NCBI RefSeq assembly: GCF_009914755.1 | Contig: NC_060932.1 | Source of the DNA: the human T2T-CHM13v2.0 reference genome, Homo sapiens | Length of the DNA stretch: 64,000 bases | Strand: one strand, 5' to 3' | Shown: piece by piece, positions 42,101 through 54,768 of the stretch | How positions within the stretch are numbered: the first letter of the stretch is position 1 | How the letters are laid out: every line of letters begins with the position of its first letter | Program-made: the position numbers and the translations under genes | Notes under the pieces: generated by a model | Seen by the model: the letters and a program-made list of their open reading frames with translations, nothing else | The model's database searches: none | Told to the model about the DNA's origin: nothing

Positions 42101-43989
42101 TAAGCACTCCTAGACCTTGCAAGATGCCTGAATACTGGCTTCATCCCCTCCAGCCAGCCTGCCTCAGGGGCAGACAGCTCTTCCCATCCAGTTCTTGTTA
42201 GGAAAGAATAGGGAGAGCTCCAAGTGGTCAATTTGTGACTGGAGTCTGTCCCCAGAGCCACCTCTGGCCCAGAGGACACAGTGCCATAGTTAGCTCAGCC
42301 TGCGTGAAGGTCCACCCTCAGCCCTGGCTGGGGGCGAGGTCTACGACCAGTGTACAGGTTCTGCCCATTGCTGAGTGTCTATTCCAATGATGCATTCCAG
42401 AACTTGGTCAGCAGCCACAGGATGGGTTGGGAGACCCACGGTGCCCACTTTGAGATGGACCTGAGCGACAACTCCAGGGATCACCTCACTCCGTAATCAC
42501 CTCCTCTGACTGCTAAACCACAGCAACATCCAGGCCTCCTGGAATCGGTGTCAGTTCAGAGCCAGGGTCTGGTGATCCCCAAAAAGTCTGATCTTTCTCC
42601 TTTCTCCCAGTGCACTGTGTCCCTAGTAAATGGCCATAGCTGCCTTCGAGAAAGGCGATGAGAAAAATTCACAGGATAAATGTGTGGCAGTGTACCAGGG
42701 TGCTTCCTCAAGGGCACTGGGTCTCCCTTTCATTCAATGGCTTCTGGGTCTGTACCCTGGCTCAAGTCTGGGCTATTGCAAGGAGCAGCAAAAAGGGGCA
42801 GGTGCCAGGCAAATAAACACACTAGAAGCCACTTTCCATGGTAGACGCACAGCCAACAGGAACACATTCCGGCACGCATACGGCTGAGCTAAAAATAATA
42901 ACCACAAAGGCAGCATCTCAGAGTGCCTGGCATGTAGCTGCATTTATTACAAGCATCACATACATTATCTCAGTAGGTGCTTTGACTCACAGGGAGATGT
43001 TAATAATAATTCCTCAAAAGCGCCCTGTTTACACGAGAAGCCTGAGGTTCAGCGAGGGTAAGCAGCAGGACCACCTGGCATCTGTATGACTCAGAGGCAC
43101 TGAGCCTGGAAACAGACCCAGTCCCCGCCCCAGGGAGCACTGACCCTCCCCAGTCCCCGCCAGGCCCTGCAGGAGGGCCAGGTGAGAGAGTTGCAGACGG
43201 GGAAACCCCACGGCACGCAGGCTCTGAGTCTGTTTATGAACGCGATTCTTGGTTGGTGAGGCTGACTCATTTGAGTTGCGAGGCAGTGGACTTGAACTTC
43301 TCAGACGATTTCCCCAACTGAGTAGTGACAGACCTTCTAGCTCTGTGGCCCGGCCTTTAAGAGGTTGTCTGGGCTATGCCAGCGAGCCAGGCACCTTGAG
43401 CTCCATCCAAACCGTTCTCTCTTTGGATGAATGAGTCGGCTCTCAGGTGGACTTGGCAGGATTAGAGTCACAGCTGAGGCTTGACTGGTTCCTTACAGCC
43501 ACCAGCTCTAGACACATTTTGAAAAGCGAGATCTGGATTTTTATCCGAAGCTGGTGCCATTCTAATTCAACCTCTGCCACTGCTGGTTAAGAGATGCTGA
43601 GGATCCAGGGAAGGATGAGGCTGCCTCACTTACAGAAGGAGAGAGCTGTCCCCGTCCTCTGTTGGGGCCGCCTGCACGGTCCTGTTTTAAGGAGGAAACA
43701 CAAAGAATTGAAAGTGAAAATCACATTTGAAATGGAAAAGCTCTATGGATGAAATATTGCTTAAAAGTCCCTGAATGAGGGTGAAACTGGAGTGGGCAAT
43801 ATTTAACCCAGATAATTAAGACCCCCTGCTCCTGATGTAAGATTTTATTGCATGTTAGGTTCTCTATAGAGACCCCTCTTACTGTTTGGGAAGATGATGT
43901 CAGCCAGTCATTAACTCAGATATTTATTGTGAACCCGCATGTGTCAGGCACTAACCGCCTGAGGAACGGTGTCCCCAGGAACAAACCTG

Positions 43990-44345
43990 GAGCAGTCAGG
44001 ATAGGCTGACAAACCCCTACGTCATAGTGGCTTGAAGGTTTTTTCTCACCGTTTGTGTCCACCATGGGCCAGCTGGGGAGTCCCCACCTTACCTCCTCTC
44101 TTCAGGACCTGGGCTTAGCCACTGTCTTGAAACTTGCCTGTCAGTGCAACAGAAGGAAAGAAAGTCCTGGAGGGTCTCACACAGTTCAGGTTGCAGCCGG
44201 GAAGTGATCTGTGCAGCTTCACCTGTGATTCATTGGCCAGAACTAATCACATGACCGCACCCACCCAGGGGACCAGGAAGTGCAACCCTGATAGGCCTGG
44301 AGGGTGCAAAGATGGGAGGGGCTGCTGCACAGCCTTGACGATCGA
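43990..44345 (-). mobile_element. Old MLT1 (K/L-like) fragment
   Basis: cattggccagaactaatcacatgacc...ggaagtgcaaccct. Confidence 0.55.
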
Positions 44346-45549
44346 TCACAGGCATGCAGGATGGGTTGGTGATGAATGCCACCAGTGTTCCGGGGAAAAC
44401 GGATTGATCAGATTTGCTCAGGAACCCCCTAGGTTGGCAAAGTTCAAATTTTTCTTTAAGACAGTAAATACTGTTAGATGTCTTGTGGTGTGAGTTGTAA
44501 ATCTGCACAAAAGGGACTTAGAACGCAGCAATGCCTGTTACATTTTTTTGGAGGGTGGTGGGAGACCTTATAGGACCAGCAAGCTATGGAAAGCATTTTA
44601 GGAGATGCTCTGAGAATTACCAGAAAAGAACTTAGCACGCAATGCCTACCACACGATGATAGGAACTGCTTAGCACAGGTGATCTCCTATGTCTTATTTA
44701 ATAATGTCTACTTGACCATTTGCAGATGAGCCAAGTGACCAAGGACACAGGGACACTAAATGGTAGGGCTCACCCCTCTGGGTTGCTTGTGAGAATCATT
44801 ATAAAACAAAGAAGTTCTGATACTGCTCATCGTGCAGCATAACACAGAGGTGCTCACGTGAGAAGGAGCTCAATTGAAAATTGGCCCCTGCAAGCTGGAA
44901 CATCTGCTGTGGCTCTTAATTGATAGGATTTTCCACTTGCAGAAAGGGAGAGTAAAACCTTTGAAACCTCACATTCTTTACATGGTGGCGTATCGCTGCC
45001 AGTCATGCCCTCTTTGTCACCGTGGTTTCAGTTGCCCTAGAGCATAACTGCTTTTTCCTCAAGTGTCCTCTTCAAGGGAACTCACAACAAGTATGCTGTG
45101 TATTCCTGCTGTGATGTGCTCCTTCGGTTCTCATCAGATCATCCCAAATGTAAACTGCACAGAACTTAGTGAAAATCTAACCACATGATGGAGGAACAAA
45201 CCAAGATATGCAGAAAAGTATTTTAAGTGACCATTATTTCCATTAACAGGTACACGGTGATAACAATGATGACAGTGATGAAGACTCCCTGGAATATGCT
45301 CCAAAGTCTCCCACCTGCCCCCCAATTCCTCATTTGGGCAGCGGCACAAGCACCCGTGTGTTTGGATTGAATGACCAGCAGCAGGGGTGTGGCGGAGAGA
45401 GGGGAAGGCGCTGTTGTGGGGTTAGAATCTCAGGTGTCCTGATCACACAGAGTTCTCATTAGGGAGCAAAAGGAAGTTGTGGATCGTGCACTGATTAGCC
45501 AGGGACTCAAAACTGCCTCATCCACGACTGCCCTCTTACTGAGTTACTT

Positions 45550-45776
45550 ACAAAATAACTGAGTCAGCACATAAAGTCCAAGAAAGATGGTTTCGTATTT
45601 TAAGGCAAATTCCTTACTTGGTTGTTAGGGGAAAGGCCTCTGAGTAGGCCTGTCTACAATGAGGAAGACCAAGAGCAAACAGGGTATACGGCCAGGACTG
45701 TCCACCTTGCACTCTGCTTTCAGAATGTGGTTTACAGGCAGGAAGACGAGGCATCAAAGCAGGTCTTGTCCAACCT
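45550..45776 (+). repeat. Local duplication copy 1 (227 bp)
   Basis: Matches 47447-47679 with 6 substitutions and one 6-nt indel (manual alignment). Confidence 0.95.
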
Positions 45777-47446
45777 GCTCAGGGTGTCCCTCTGAGCTTG
45801 GGCCTTGGCTAAAATAATAGAAAAGCCAGGAAAGGAACTCAGCCATATTATCCCTTGAAGATTCTGGAAAGCACAGAGTTCTTAGGAAGCACTAACCTGG
45901 TTCACTGAGGATAGAAACTGTCTTCCAAAGAGAAGAGAAATAGAAATTGCCTTAGGTCATAAACCAAGAGCCAGCCCTGCTGTGGATCCCCAGTCCACAT
46001 TCTTGGAGCCACTGGACCCCAGGATGCAGTTTAGCAACAGGTCCTGCCTCATGAGTTGGACGGTCCCACAGCCTCCCTGAGCTCATGTGTCAGGGTGCTG
46101 GGGACCTTGGATCCATCTGAGCCAGGAAGTTCTCCTTCAGGGCCAGTGCAGGCCGTGAGACTAATGTTTGGGGTAGGAGGAGCAGAGGAAGAGAAGGATG
46201 CAAGAGCCTCCCTGGCTCTCCAGGGCGCAGACTCTGATTTCTTCCCATCATTTAGGTATTCAGGGAAGGCTGAAGGACTATTGTCTGCAGATATGGCTCT
46301 AGGGTAGAGCTGTGAATGAATAAAGCAAGTGAAAGTCCCTGTCCTCTGCCCTGTGGGGCTCATGCTTCCCTGGGGGAGACACAATAGACGTATCAAGTGT
46401 TTAGTAGTGGCAGATGGTGATCAGTGCTAGAGGAGAAAGCAGGCTGGAGAGGCACCCTCCAAGAAGGTCACATCTGAGCAGAGACACTGTGGGACGGGAG
46501 GAGGTGGGGTGAAAAGAGCTGCTGGTTGAGGGAACAGCAGGTGGGGGTGCCACGCGGGCGCATCTGCACGCCATGGAGAGCACAAGCCGGGCACGCAGAT
46601 AGGAGCAAAGCTGACCGGTAGGAAAGACCTGGCTTCTAGCCAGGCATCCACAGAAGGGTTGAGGAGAGAAAGCAATCCGTCCTTATTTACATTTTAAGAG
46701 GATTTAAGACCCCAAGTCACAATGCAGAGAAAGGAACACGGAACACCCCGGAGTAAGTTTTTCTGTATGTAAATTAAGCCTCAATCACTAAGAATTAATA
46801 ATTCTTACCAGGGCTCAGGCCCATCTGTTTCCTGGATGAGCCCTGGGTAGGCCCTGGGGGATGCCAAACAGAGCTGAGCAGGTAAGCAGGGAAAGAGGAG
46901 GCATGGCCTCCGAGAAAGACAGAAAACAGCCTGGCTTTGTGTGGCCAGGTTCAGGAACATGACCTGTGGCCATGGTCTGCTTTTGGCCAGCATCTCCCGT
47001 TAATCTCTGGGACAGCTGCTGCAGCATCACCTGAGTGCCCTTTGGAAATGCACCTTCTCAGCCCCATCCTGGATCCAGACTAAGGGCACGACCCAGAAAC
47101 CTGTCTTCATGAGCCTTCCAGGTGGAGCTCGGGAGCCCCAATACTTGGGCAGCTCCTATGGAGCTGGAAGGAGCAGATTTGCCTTCGATATAAAGAACAC
47201 TGAGCACCTGCTAACTGCCTCGTTTTCCCTTCTTGTGTCCATACACACACTGGTGGAAAAGGGCAGCATGGTTTGCCTCATTTTTAACTCAGATTCCTTG
47301 GCCATGAAAGAAAAACAAAAATCAGCAAATCCGGTCTCGGTTCAGTTGAGGTCAAACTCTTGGTTTGGTTTGGTTTGCTTTGGTTTCATTGCCTCCTGGA
47401 AATGGTGCTCATCTACTTTCTGGTTCCTGGATCCAATTCAAGCTGC

Positions 47447-47679
47447 ACAAAATAACTGAGTCAGCACATAAAGTCCAAAAAGGATAGTTTTGTATTTTAA
47501 GGCAAATTCCTTACTTGACCGAGGTTGTTAGGGGAAAGGCCTCCGAGTAGGCCTGTCTACAATGAGGAAGACCAAGAGCAAACAGGGTATACAGCCAGGA
47601 CTGTCCACCTTGCACTCTGCTTTCAGAATGTGGTTTACAGGCAGGAAGACGAGGCATCAAAGCAGGTCTTGTCCAACCT
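47447..47679 (+). repeat. Local duplication copy 2 (233 bp)
   Basis: Direct repeat of 45550-45776; carries the extra ACCGAG. Confidence 0.95.
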
Positions 47680-47728
47680 TTCTCAGTGAAGAAAGACCAA
47701 GATACATTTGTAAACGTGCCATAGAGAT

Positions 47729-47734
47729 TTTAAT
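47729..47734 (-). terminator. Candidate distal poly(A) signal (ATTAAA)
   Basis: Upstream UGUA elements, CA dinucleotides about 10-20 nt downstream, then GU/U-rich tgtatcttggtctttcttc. Confidence 0.5.
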
Positions 47735-50700
47735 GGAAAAAAATTAGAAAAATGCATTATTGTACAACACCACATTAAATGATTTTTTTTCTGTAAAGAC
47801 ATTGTAAAATATATACAGGGCTGCGTACCGCACTCGTTACAAAAGACAGATGCAAACCCTTGTGTAAGTTACATATTCTACATGGGCTGGATGTCTACTT
47901 GGACTTGTAAACATTAGTTACTAGTTTTTTCTTTAAAATATTAGGTAAGCTGTGACAATAATAAGTACCTCTGATATTCATTTGATGGTTGTCTCATTCT
48001 GTTGAACTTCAGAACGGCATTCTAAGGCCATTTGTGAAGGTGCCGTCTCCACAGAGAAGGCCAGAGAAGATGAACAAAAGAAAACAAACAGAAGCAGTAG
48101 GCTCCTTTTGAATTTGGTTCTCTATGGATGAGTTTGAACTGCTGATTTTTGCCAAGTCTGATACAGCTTCCTACCAAAGGCCTGACACCTTGACCACAAT
48201 GGGCCTGTTCAAATCCCGCTCACCAAGGGAGGAAGGTGGGTCCTGCTAAGGGTCCGGGACCAACCATTTCATCCTCCTAGAATGTGAACAAACAGTCCCA
48301 AGGTAACTAAGCCCATTTCTGCTACAACTTTCCTGATTTCCATCACCCTCCCACAGGGAGTGCTGTGGCAGGCCTCCGGTAGCATCTTCATAAGAACCAA
48401 ACCCAGGTCCCCTTACTGCACAGTCACAAAAATGCCCAGCTATGCTGGGGGCTGGAGAGGAGGAACACAAAAATCCAAAGACCCACAGATATCCGGTCAA
48501 TGCACATGCACACACATACCCCAGATGGATGCACGAGGGTCCATATCCCCACACCCCACCCTCCCCAGGAGGTGCCCCATGAGTATATGCCAATCATTTT
48601 GATGGGTGTGAGTTTGGAACTAATTCAAGCTTAATTTCTTCTATGCCTGGAGTCAAAAGCAACAAGTTTTCCTTTTGATGTTTTAAGGTACAAGGATACA
48701 CAGTTGGCTGAAGTAAAAAATACTGTACATCTAAGAGGGATTATCAGCAATTTCTTGGCCTGCTGGGAATGGACTGGAAGTTTTTCTCCTTAATTCAGTG
48801 GCTTAAATTCTACTCATCTTTGATATCTCTGTCCCGTGTCTCTGTTTAACTATAAGCCGCCTCATCAATGTTTTTGGATATACTTGATATCTTCAAATCT
48901 CTCAAGTGGGGGTTAATCTGTTTTCTTATTTAAATTTTAATCAACAAAATCAACAGTTTTGCCTAACCCAGTGCAATATCTATTTAGTGGAGATTTCTGA
49001 TGAAGCAGAGGGTGGACTGAGATGATCTCATAAGGTCCTTCTCCCCCACATCCCCCCGCAACACACACACACAAAACGGCTGTCAAAATGCTATTTGTGG
49101 GCTGAACAAACAAATATATAATTAGCCTTTTTCAGTAGTGTGCTCCTCTGAGGAGCTATCAAATTATAGAGAAATCTTGTTAATTGTGGGTTCTGCTTCA
49201 CTGGGTTCCCACTAATTGTGTTTTTCCTTTCATATTATTTTTCCACCCAACTTCTAAAATTCCACGTGAGAAAGTAAAACAGTTGCCCAGACTTGTTCTG
49301 GTTCCCATTCCTGCTCCCTGCTCCTTGGCACTGCTTCTAGACTCTGTGCATCAGGGAGGCTGTGGTCCATTGGCATCTTAGTCCCATGAAGCCAAGGACT
49401 TGATCGTCTAGCTCACCTTCATGGCCCCCAGTAAGGACAGCAGGCAGCACATGCTCAACGTGCTCAGTCAATAGTGGCTGGAGAAACGGCTGAATCGGCA
49501 GCCCGAGTTGCACAAAGGGGCCCCCGGGAGCTGCCGGGCCCACTGTTGCAGCCCCTCATGCCTCATAGCTGTGTCATCTGAGAGAAGTGGAATTTGGTTC
49601 CCTGGAGCATGCTCCCACCCACACCACTGTCCAGGCATCTGGTTCACTGGGCACTGAGTGCTGGGGTCATCAAGGAGACCCCATCTGATGGGAAAATCCA
49701 TCAGAAGGATTAAAAGGGCTCTGTAGGGGCCGAGTCTCCAGTGAGAGGAGAGGGAGTCTACAGAACTAATCTACCTGAAACAGGTGATGTCCTTGGAAGA
49801 CAGGATCTGGCCCCTGTGTAGGAACCCAGCCCACTGCTGGAAAGACTGGGCCCTGTCTCTCCAAATTCCCCCACTGAAATGTCAGTCCAGGATGTGACCA
49901 CACTGTCACTTCATCCTCACCAGTATCTACCTGGAAGACACCTGCCTCTTAGCTCACCTGGCCTTTTCATCTTTTGTAGGAAAGGATAAGTGACTTGCCA
50001 AGACCAAGTGGTCCTATTACAAATGAGGAGGGAAAGGAACCAGGGTTGGGTGCTTAGGAAGGCCCCTGATGTCTACACCACCCAGTGCCTGCTGGCTAGA
50101 AGAGGCAAGGCTGAGAGCTCAGACTTTGAGACAAAGACTCATGGCTGAAGCTTACAAGACCTCCCTCCTCGAAATCAAGCACTGCTCTCTGGATGCGTAG
50201 AGGTCTCCAAGGAACTGACTCACCCTTCTGTCTTCCCAACTGGACCCTTCAGGTGCCAGGACCAACTGTCACCACACTGAGGGAGGTGCTGGTGACAAGG
50301 GCAAGTCCTGCCTCCCCACCGACTCCAGATTCCCTGCCAACCTGTGAGTCTCACACAAAGCTTCAGACAAAACCCAGGCCCACCCTGGGGGCAGATTCCC
50401 ACCCAGTGTTTTCGGTGGTTTATCACAGCAGCATCTGCAGAACAGGGGTTTCCACCCCCCAATCCTTCCAGAACAGTCCTGTTCTCCAGATCCTTCCTTC
50501 GCAGACGGGGAAACGAAGGCTCTAGTGGGGCATTTGCCAGATGTGTTTGAGCATCACTGTGCTTCTCTAGCTCTTTCTCAGATCTACTTGCTGGGACAGG
50601 CGGCCAGCCTGGGTCACACCACAGTGTGGGAGGGTTCAGCAGAGGCTCTTGCACCCCCACCACAGAGCCCTGTCCTGTGCAGGGGCTACTGCAGGCTTTG

Positions 50701-53279
50701 CGGGGGGGCGGGGCGGGGTGGGGGTGTACCTGCGCCCTCCAGCCACATTCTACTACACAACGTACTGCACGCCGTACCCAGCTCAGGTCCACCAGCCCAC
50801 CCTTCAGGCCAGAGACCCCATTACTGCTGGTCTCAGATCTGCCTTCTGGGGGCCACTGTTGTAGAGAAAAGATGGACAAAGCTCTGTGTGATTAGTAACA
50901 ATCAAAGGCTTCATCTGAACGTGGCTCTTGGCTTATGGTTTTGTCTGTGGTGCTGAGCCCAGAGCTGGGCTTTTGAACTGGGTGAAGGAACTGGCAGACT
51001 CGGCACATCTTTTTCTGGCTGACCTGGCACTTATTCCTCTCTAATGCCTGCTGATGTGAAATGCCCACTGCCCCCACCCCCGCGTATGTATTTGATTGAC
51101 CTGGAGATGACACCCCCTCCCTCTTCCTCCTGAGGCATGCCCCTATCTATGTCCCTTCCTCATGGCAATCTGAGGGACCCATCCCACCCCACCCCGCCCC
51201 ACCCCGCCCCGCTCCGGGAGCTTCAGGATAGGTACCTGGAAATATGCAGTCAGGACACCTGACTTGGAGTTCCAGCTCTGCCGCTTTTCTGAGCCCTGTT
51301 ACCCCATATGCCAAATGGGGGTGCTCTGCCCCCCCACCCCCCCACCCCCACCTACCTAGCGTGAAGAGTGAGTGTGCCAGCGGGAAGAAACATCTTCACT
51401 TGCACGGTGCTACACTATATGCAAGTCTAAGAGGTTTGGGCCCCAGCTGAGCTAAGCTGACCTGAGGCAAGGCCCTTTGCTGGGCCAAGTGGCCCTCAGA
51501 AGGGGGTAGGGGGACATATTCTCCCAGGAAGCAAAGAGAACCCTGGAGTGAGGAATCCAGAGGAAGACATGGCAGGGTGGAACAGCTGCTTCAGGCCAAG
51601 CCCAAAGGTAAATGCTGGGCAGGGGCAGGCCCCTCTCTCACCAGGAAGGGTGAGCTCCAGGGGCCAGGCCTGTGGGCTGCTCTGCAGATACTGATGACTC
51701 ACAGCTCAACTGGCTAAGGCTTTCTTCCTTTAGAGCAGGGCACCTCATGTGGTGAGGACGGGAGGTGAGCCTACCAAGAAATTAAGCAAAGATTGCACAG
51801 GGCTGTTGGTTAATTAAGGATCCATATGTCATTAAAACTAAAGCATCTGAGAGTCACCTGCAACAGAGGGTGTTGGGGGAGGTGGAGGGGGGATATTTTC
51901 CAATGCAGCTGAAGTCAGCTCAGCCAGTCCTCCCCACACTGGCGTCCTGTCCATGGTGGACACTGGGGCAGGGTGGAGTGGGCCTTGGTAGCTTGGCCAG
52001 ACCCTTTAGTCTGTAAGTTAGAAAACTCAGGCCCAGAGGAGTGGGATGTCTTGCCCTAGGTCACACAGCAAATCACAAAGACAAAATCTGAGTGTTGATT
52101 CCACCCATGTTCCCTAGACTTGACTTCTTTCCTGTACATCATCCCACCCTCACCCCAGCCTCTGCCCTCCCTCAGCCTCCACCACCCAGAGGCCTCATTT
52201 CAAAATCAAGCTCATATTTCTAAGTCCTGATGGGAACAGCTTTGCACACAGAGCTTCTCACCAGGAGCTGCTACCTCTGGGTCACCAGCACTCACCTTGA
52301 CAGTAGGCACTCCTGGATCATCTGACACCCTCAGAGGACCCTGTGCTGGGTGACAGACCCATAGGTCTCATCTCCTGGGGGGTGAGGGGAACAAGTGCCC
52401 ACAAGGCCTTAGCCAGCTTCAGTCCCAGAGGGCACAGATGCAGGGAGTCAAGATCACTGTTTTTCATGAAATCAATCAGGAAACAAGTTCCTCATGCCAA
52501 GTAAGCTTAAGAATTTCTTTTATACAGCATTTTCCTTTTGTTAGTTTCATGCTAGTCTTTGGTAAAACCAGCAGAAGATTTCATCAAGACAAGACCCCAG
52601 GATGCTTAAGTGAAAGACCAAGATCTTATCCAGAAAGATCCCCATATGCAAATTCAAGCTAATGTCCTCTGCCTGTCAAAACCCCACCCAAACAAGGGGA
52701 TGCCACAGAATTCAAGTTTGGTGAGACTCCAGGATCTATTTTTAGAATTTTATTATGGGGGGAGGACCCAGGAGGGACATCTAGATGGATAGTGCCTCCC
52801 TGAAAGCCTGAGACTCGGGCTAGGGTGGTTAGAGTGCAGGACCTTAACATAAACGAACTTTGTGGGCACTAGGGAGTCAGGGAAGGTTCTTGAGCAGAAG
52901 AGTGGCTTGAATGACTTAGGATGTGGCCAGCTTGTGGAGGGCCTTGAGATTTATGCTGTGTCATGTCTCCCAAGAGTGGCAGGATTCCACTGACGGTGGG
53001 ATGGAATCTGTGCCCCCTGTGCTGTCGCACCCCTGGGCCTTGGCCCATGCCTTTGCCTGAGCTGTGTCTCTGCCTAAAATAGCACCCATTTGCTCCTCTA
53101 AGGCTCGCCTCAGTGATTTCCGAAACCCATTTCCTCCATGAAGCCCTGCCTGAGTTCCTCAACCAGACTTGATCACTTTTTTCTCCATAGTTTGATTTCA
53201 AGTCCAATGCCCCCAGAGTAACTTCCTCTGGGAGACATGGGCCTTGCTTTTGTGAGAAATGCAAACATGTATAAGAACA

Positions 53280-53460
53280 CTGTCAGGGTGCTTGGCACAG
53301 AGCAGGTGCCATTAAATGTCATCACAGCATATCTAGTCTTCACAGGCACTCTTTGCAGTAGGTGTTATGTATAATCTCCAATTTAAAGGTGGGGAAACTG
53401 AAGCTCAGAGAGGCAAAACCACCACCCACCTGTGAATGGCAGAGGCTGGTCCTAGGCGTG
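53280..53460. mobile_element. MIR fragments
   Basis: tgcttggcacagagcaggtgc; ggggaaactgaagctcagagagg core. Confidence 0.65.
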
Positions 53461-53994
53461 CGAGATGCCAGGGCCTGAGCAGTATCCACACCCCCACGCC
53501 GCTCTCTGGAGGCGAGAAGAGCGTGTGCTTGCCTCTCTCAAGGCCCCAGAGCTAGGGGTGGGCAGGAGCCAGGCCACAGAGGCTGGGGGTTCCTGAGTCA
53601 CTCATGGTGCATGTCCCCATCCCCTCGCAGCCTCCACCAGAAGTGTTGCCACAAGAAAACAGTGTGGACCCAGTTTCCTGATGACATTCCCATCACGGGG
53701 CCCAACTTCTTCAGAGTGACATCACAAGTATGCTCCCGTAGTCTGGTGCCATCCCTGTACCGGCCTTATGAGAAATACCTGGCGTGGCAGCTTCCAGCCC
53801 TGTTGTATGGGGCACACTCCACCCTGCCAGGCAGGTGCCGTTGAATCACCAGTGCTATGATGACCAGTTTTCTTCTCATAGATCTGGATTGGTTTCCAGG
53901 GATGGTGCAGAGGCGTGCATTGAGTTACCCTGTTTCCACTTCAGCAAGTTAAGACGTGCCTCAATCACGGTGATAAGTGGCCATTTGGGCAAGA

Positions 53995-54768
53995 TGCCAG
54001 ACATCTCAGTGCCTTTATTCTCGCGATGGTCCTTCCGTCTGGGGCACTGCCCAGTGCTTGCTGCTCCTGTGGCCGGGGCCATAGAAGGTTTGCTCCCTGG
54101 TGCAGTCGCTCACAACCAAAACAAGGACTAGGGGAGCCCAGAAGAGGACTTCGCCAAGTCCAGCAGGGAGCAAAAGGGTCAGGAGACACCAAAAGGAAGT
54201 GTGAGATGCTCTGTCTCCACCTCAAAGCTGGAGAGCAACGGGGAGACCTTCCAGGTAGTGGGAACGGCACGGGCAAAGGCGCAGAGGTAGGAGTCTGCGT
54301 GGACAAATCTTGATCAAAACGAAAGGTTACTTAGCCACAGCAGGGACACTGCGTCACGATAGCAGCACTGAGAAGGCTATAGAACTTGTCAGAGCAAAGA
54401 TCTCAAGGACAGAGGTCACAAAGTATAGCCCTTAATGGCCAAGAGGCTGCCATAGCAAGTTACATTTTTATGATGATGAATGAGTGGAAGGGCTTGGCAG
54501 TCTCTACTCCTCGTTGAGGAGCTTTGGGGGGGCCAGGTGCCGAAAGAGCCCGACGGGCTTGCGGGGACCCTCACATCGAGCGTTTCTCTGGGCTTCCTGT
54601 CTATGTGTAGCTGGACCATCCCCACAGTTGTGTAGGGGAATGAGTAGAGGCATTCGCCCAGCACAGCAGAGGTCCACTTGAGAAGGCAGAAATCCCGAAG
54701 CCGTGTTCGGCTTTGGCAGTGAGACCCAGCATCCACGGACGCCTCTCTTGAATGTGCAGTTAGTTCCC
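53995..54768 (-). other. KCNK9: Candidate alternative non-coding 3'-UTR exon of KCNK9 (acceptor AG at 54769-54770; distal end uncertain, AATAAA at 54014-54019)
   Basis: Minus strand tgttgttttcctctgttAG|GGGAACTAACTGCAC; pairs with donor TAG|GTGTGG at 60355; CpG retained locally; agrees with my unverified recollection of a spliced KCNK9 cDNA 3' UTR. Confidence 0.6.

Noticed and set aside
50220-50879. 219-aa minus-strand ORF and overlapping ORFs
   Set aside because: GC-rich low-complexity sequence, non-ATG start, no protein family resemblance
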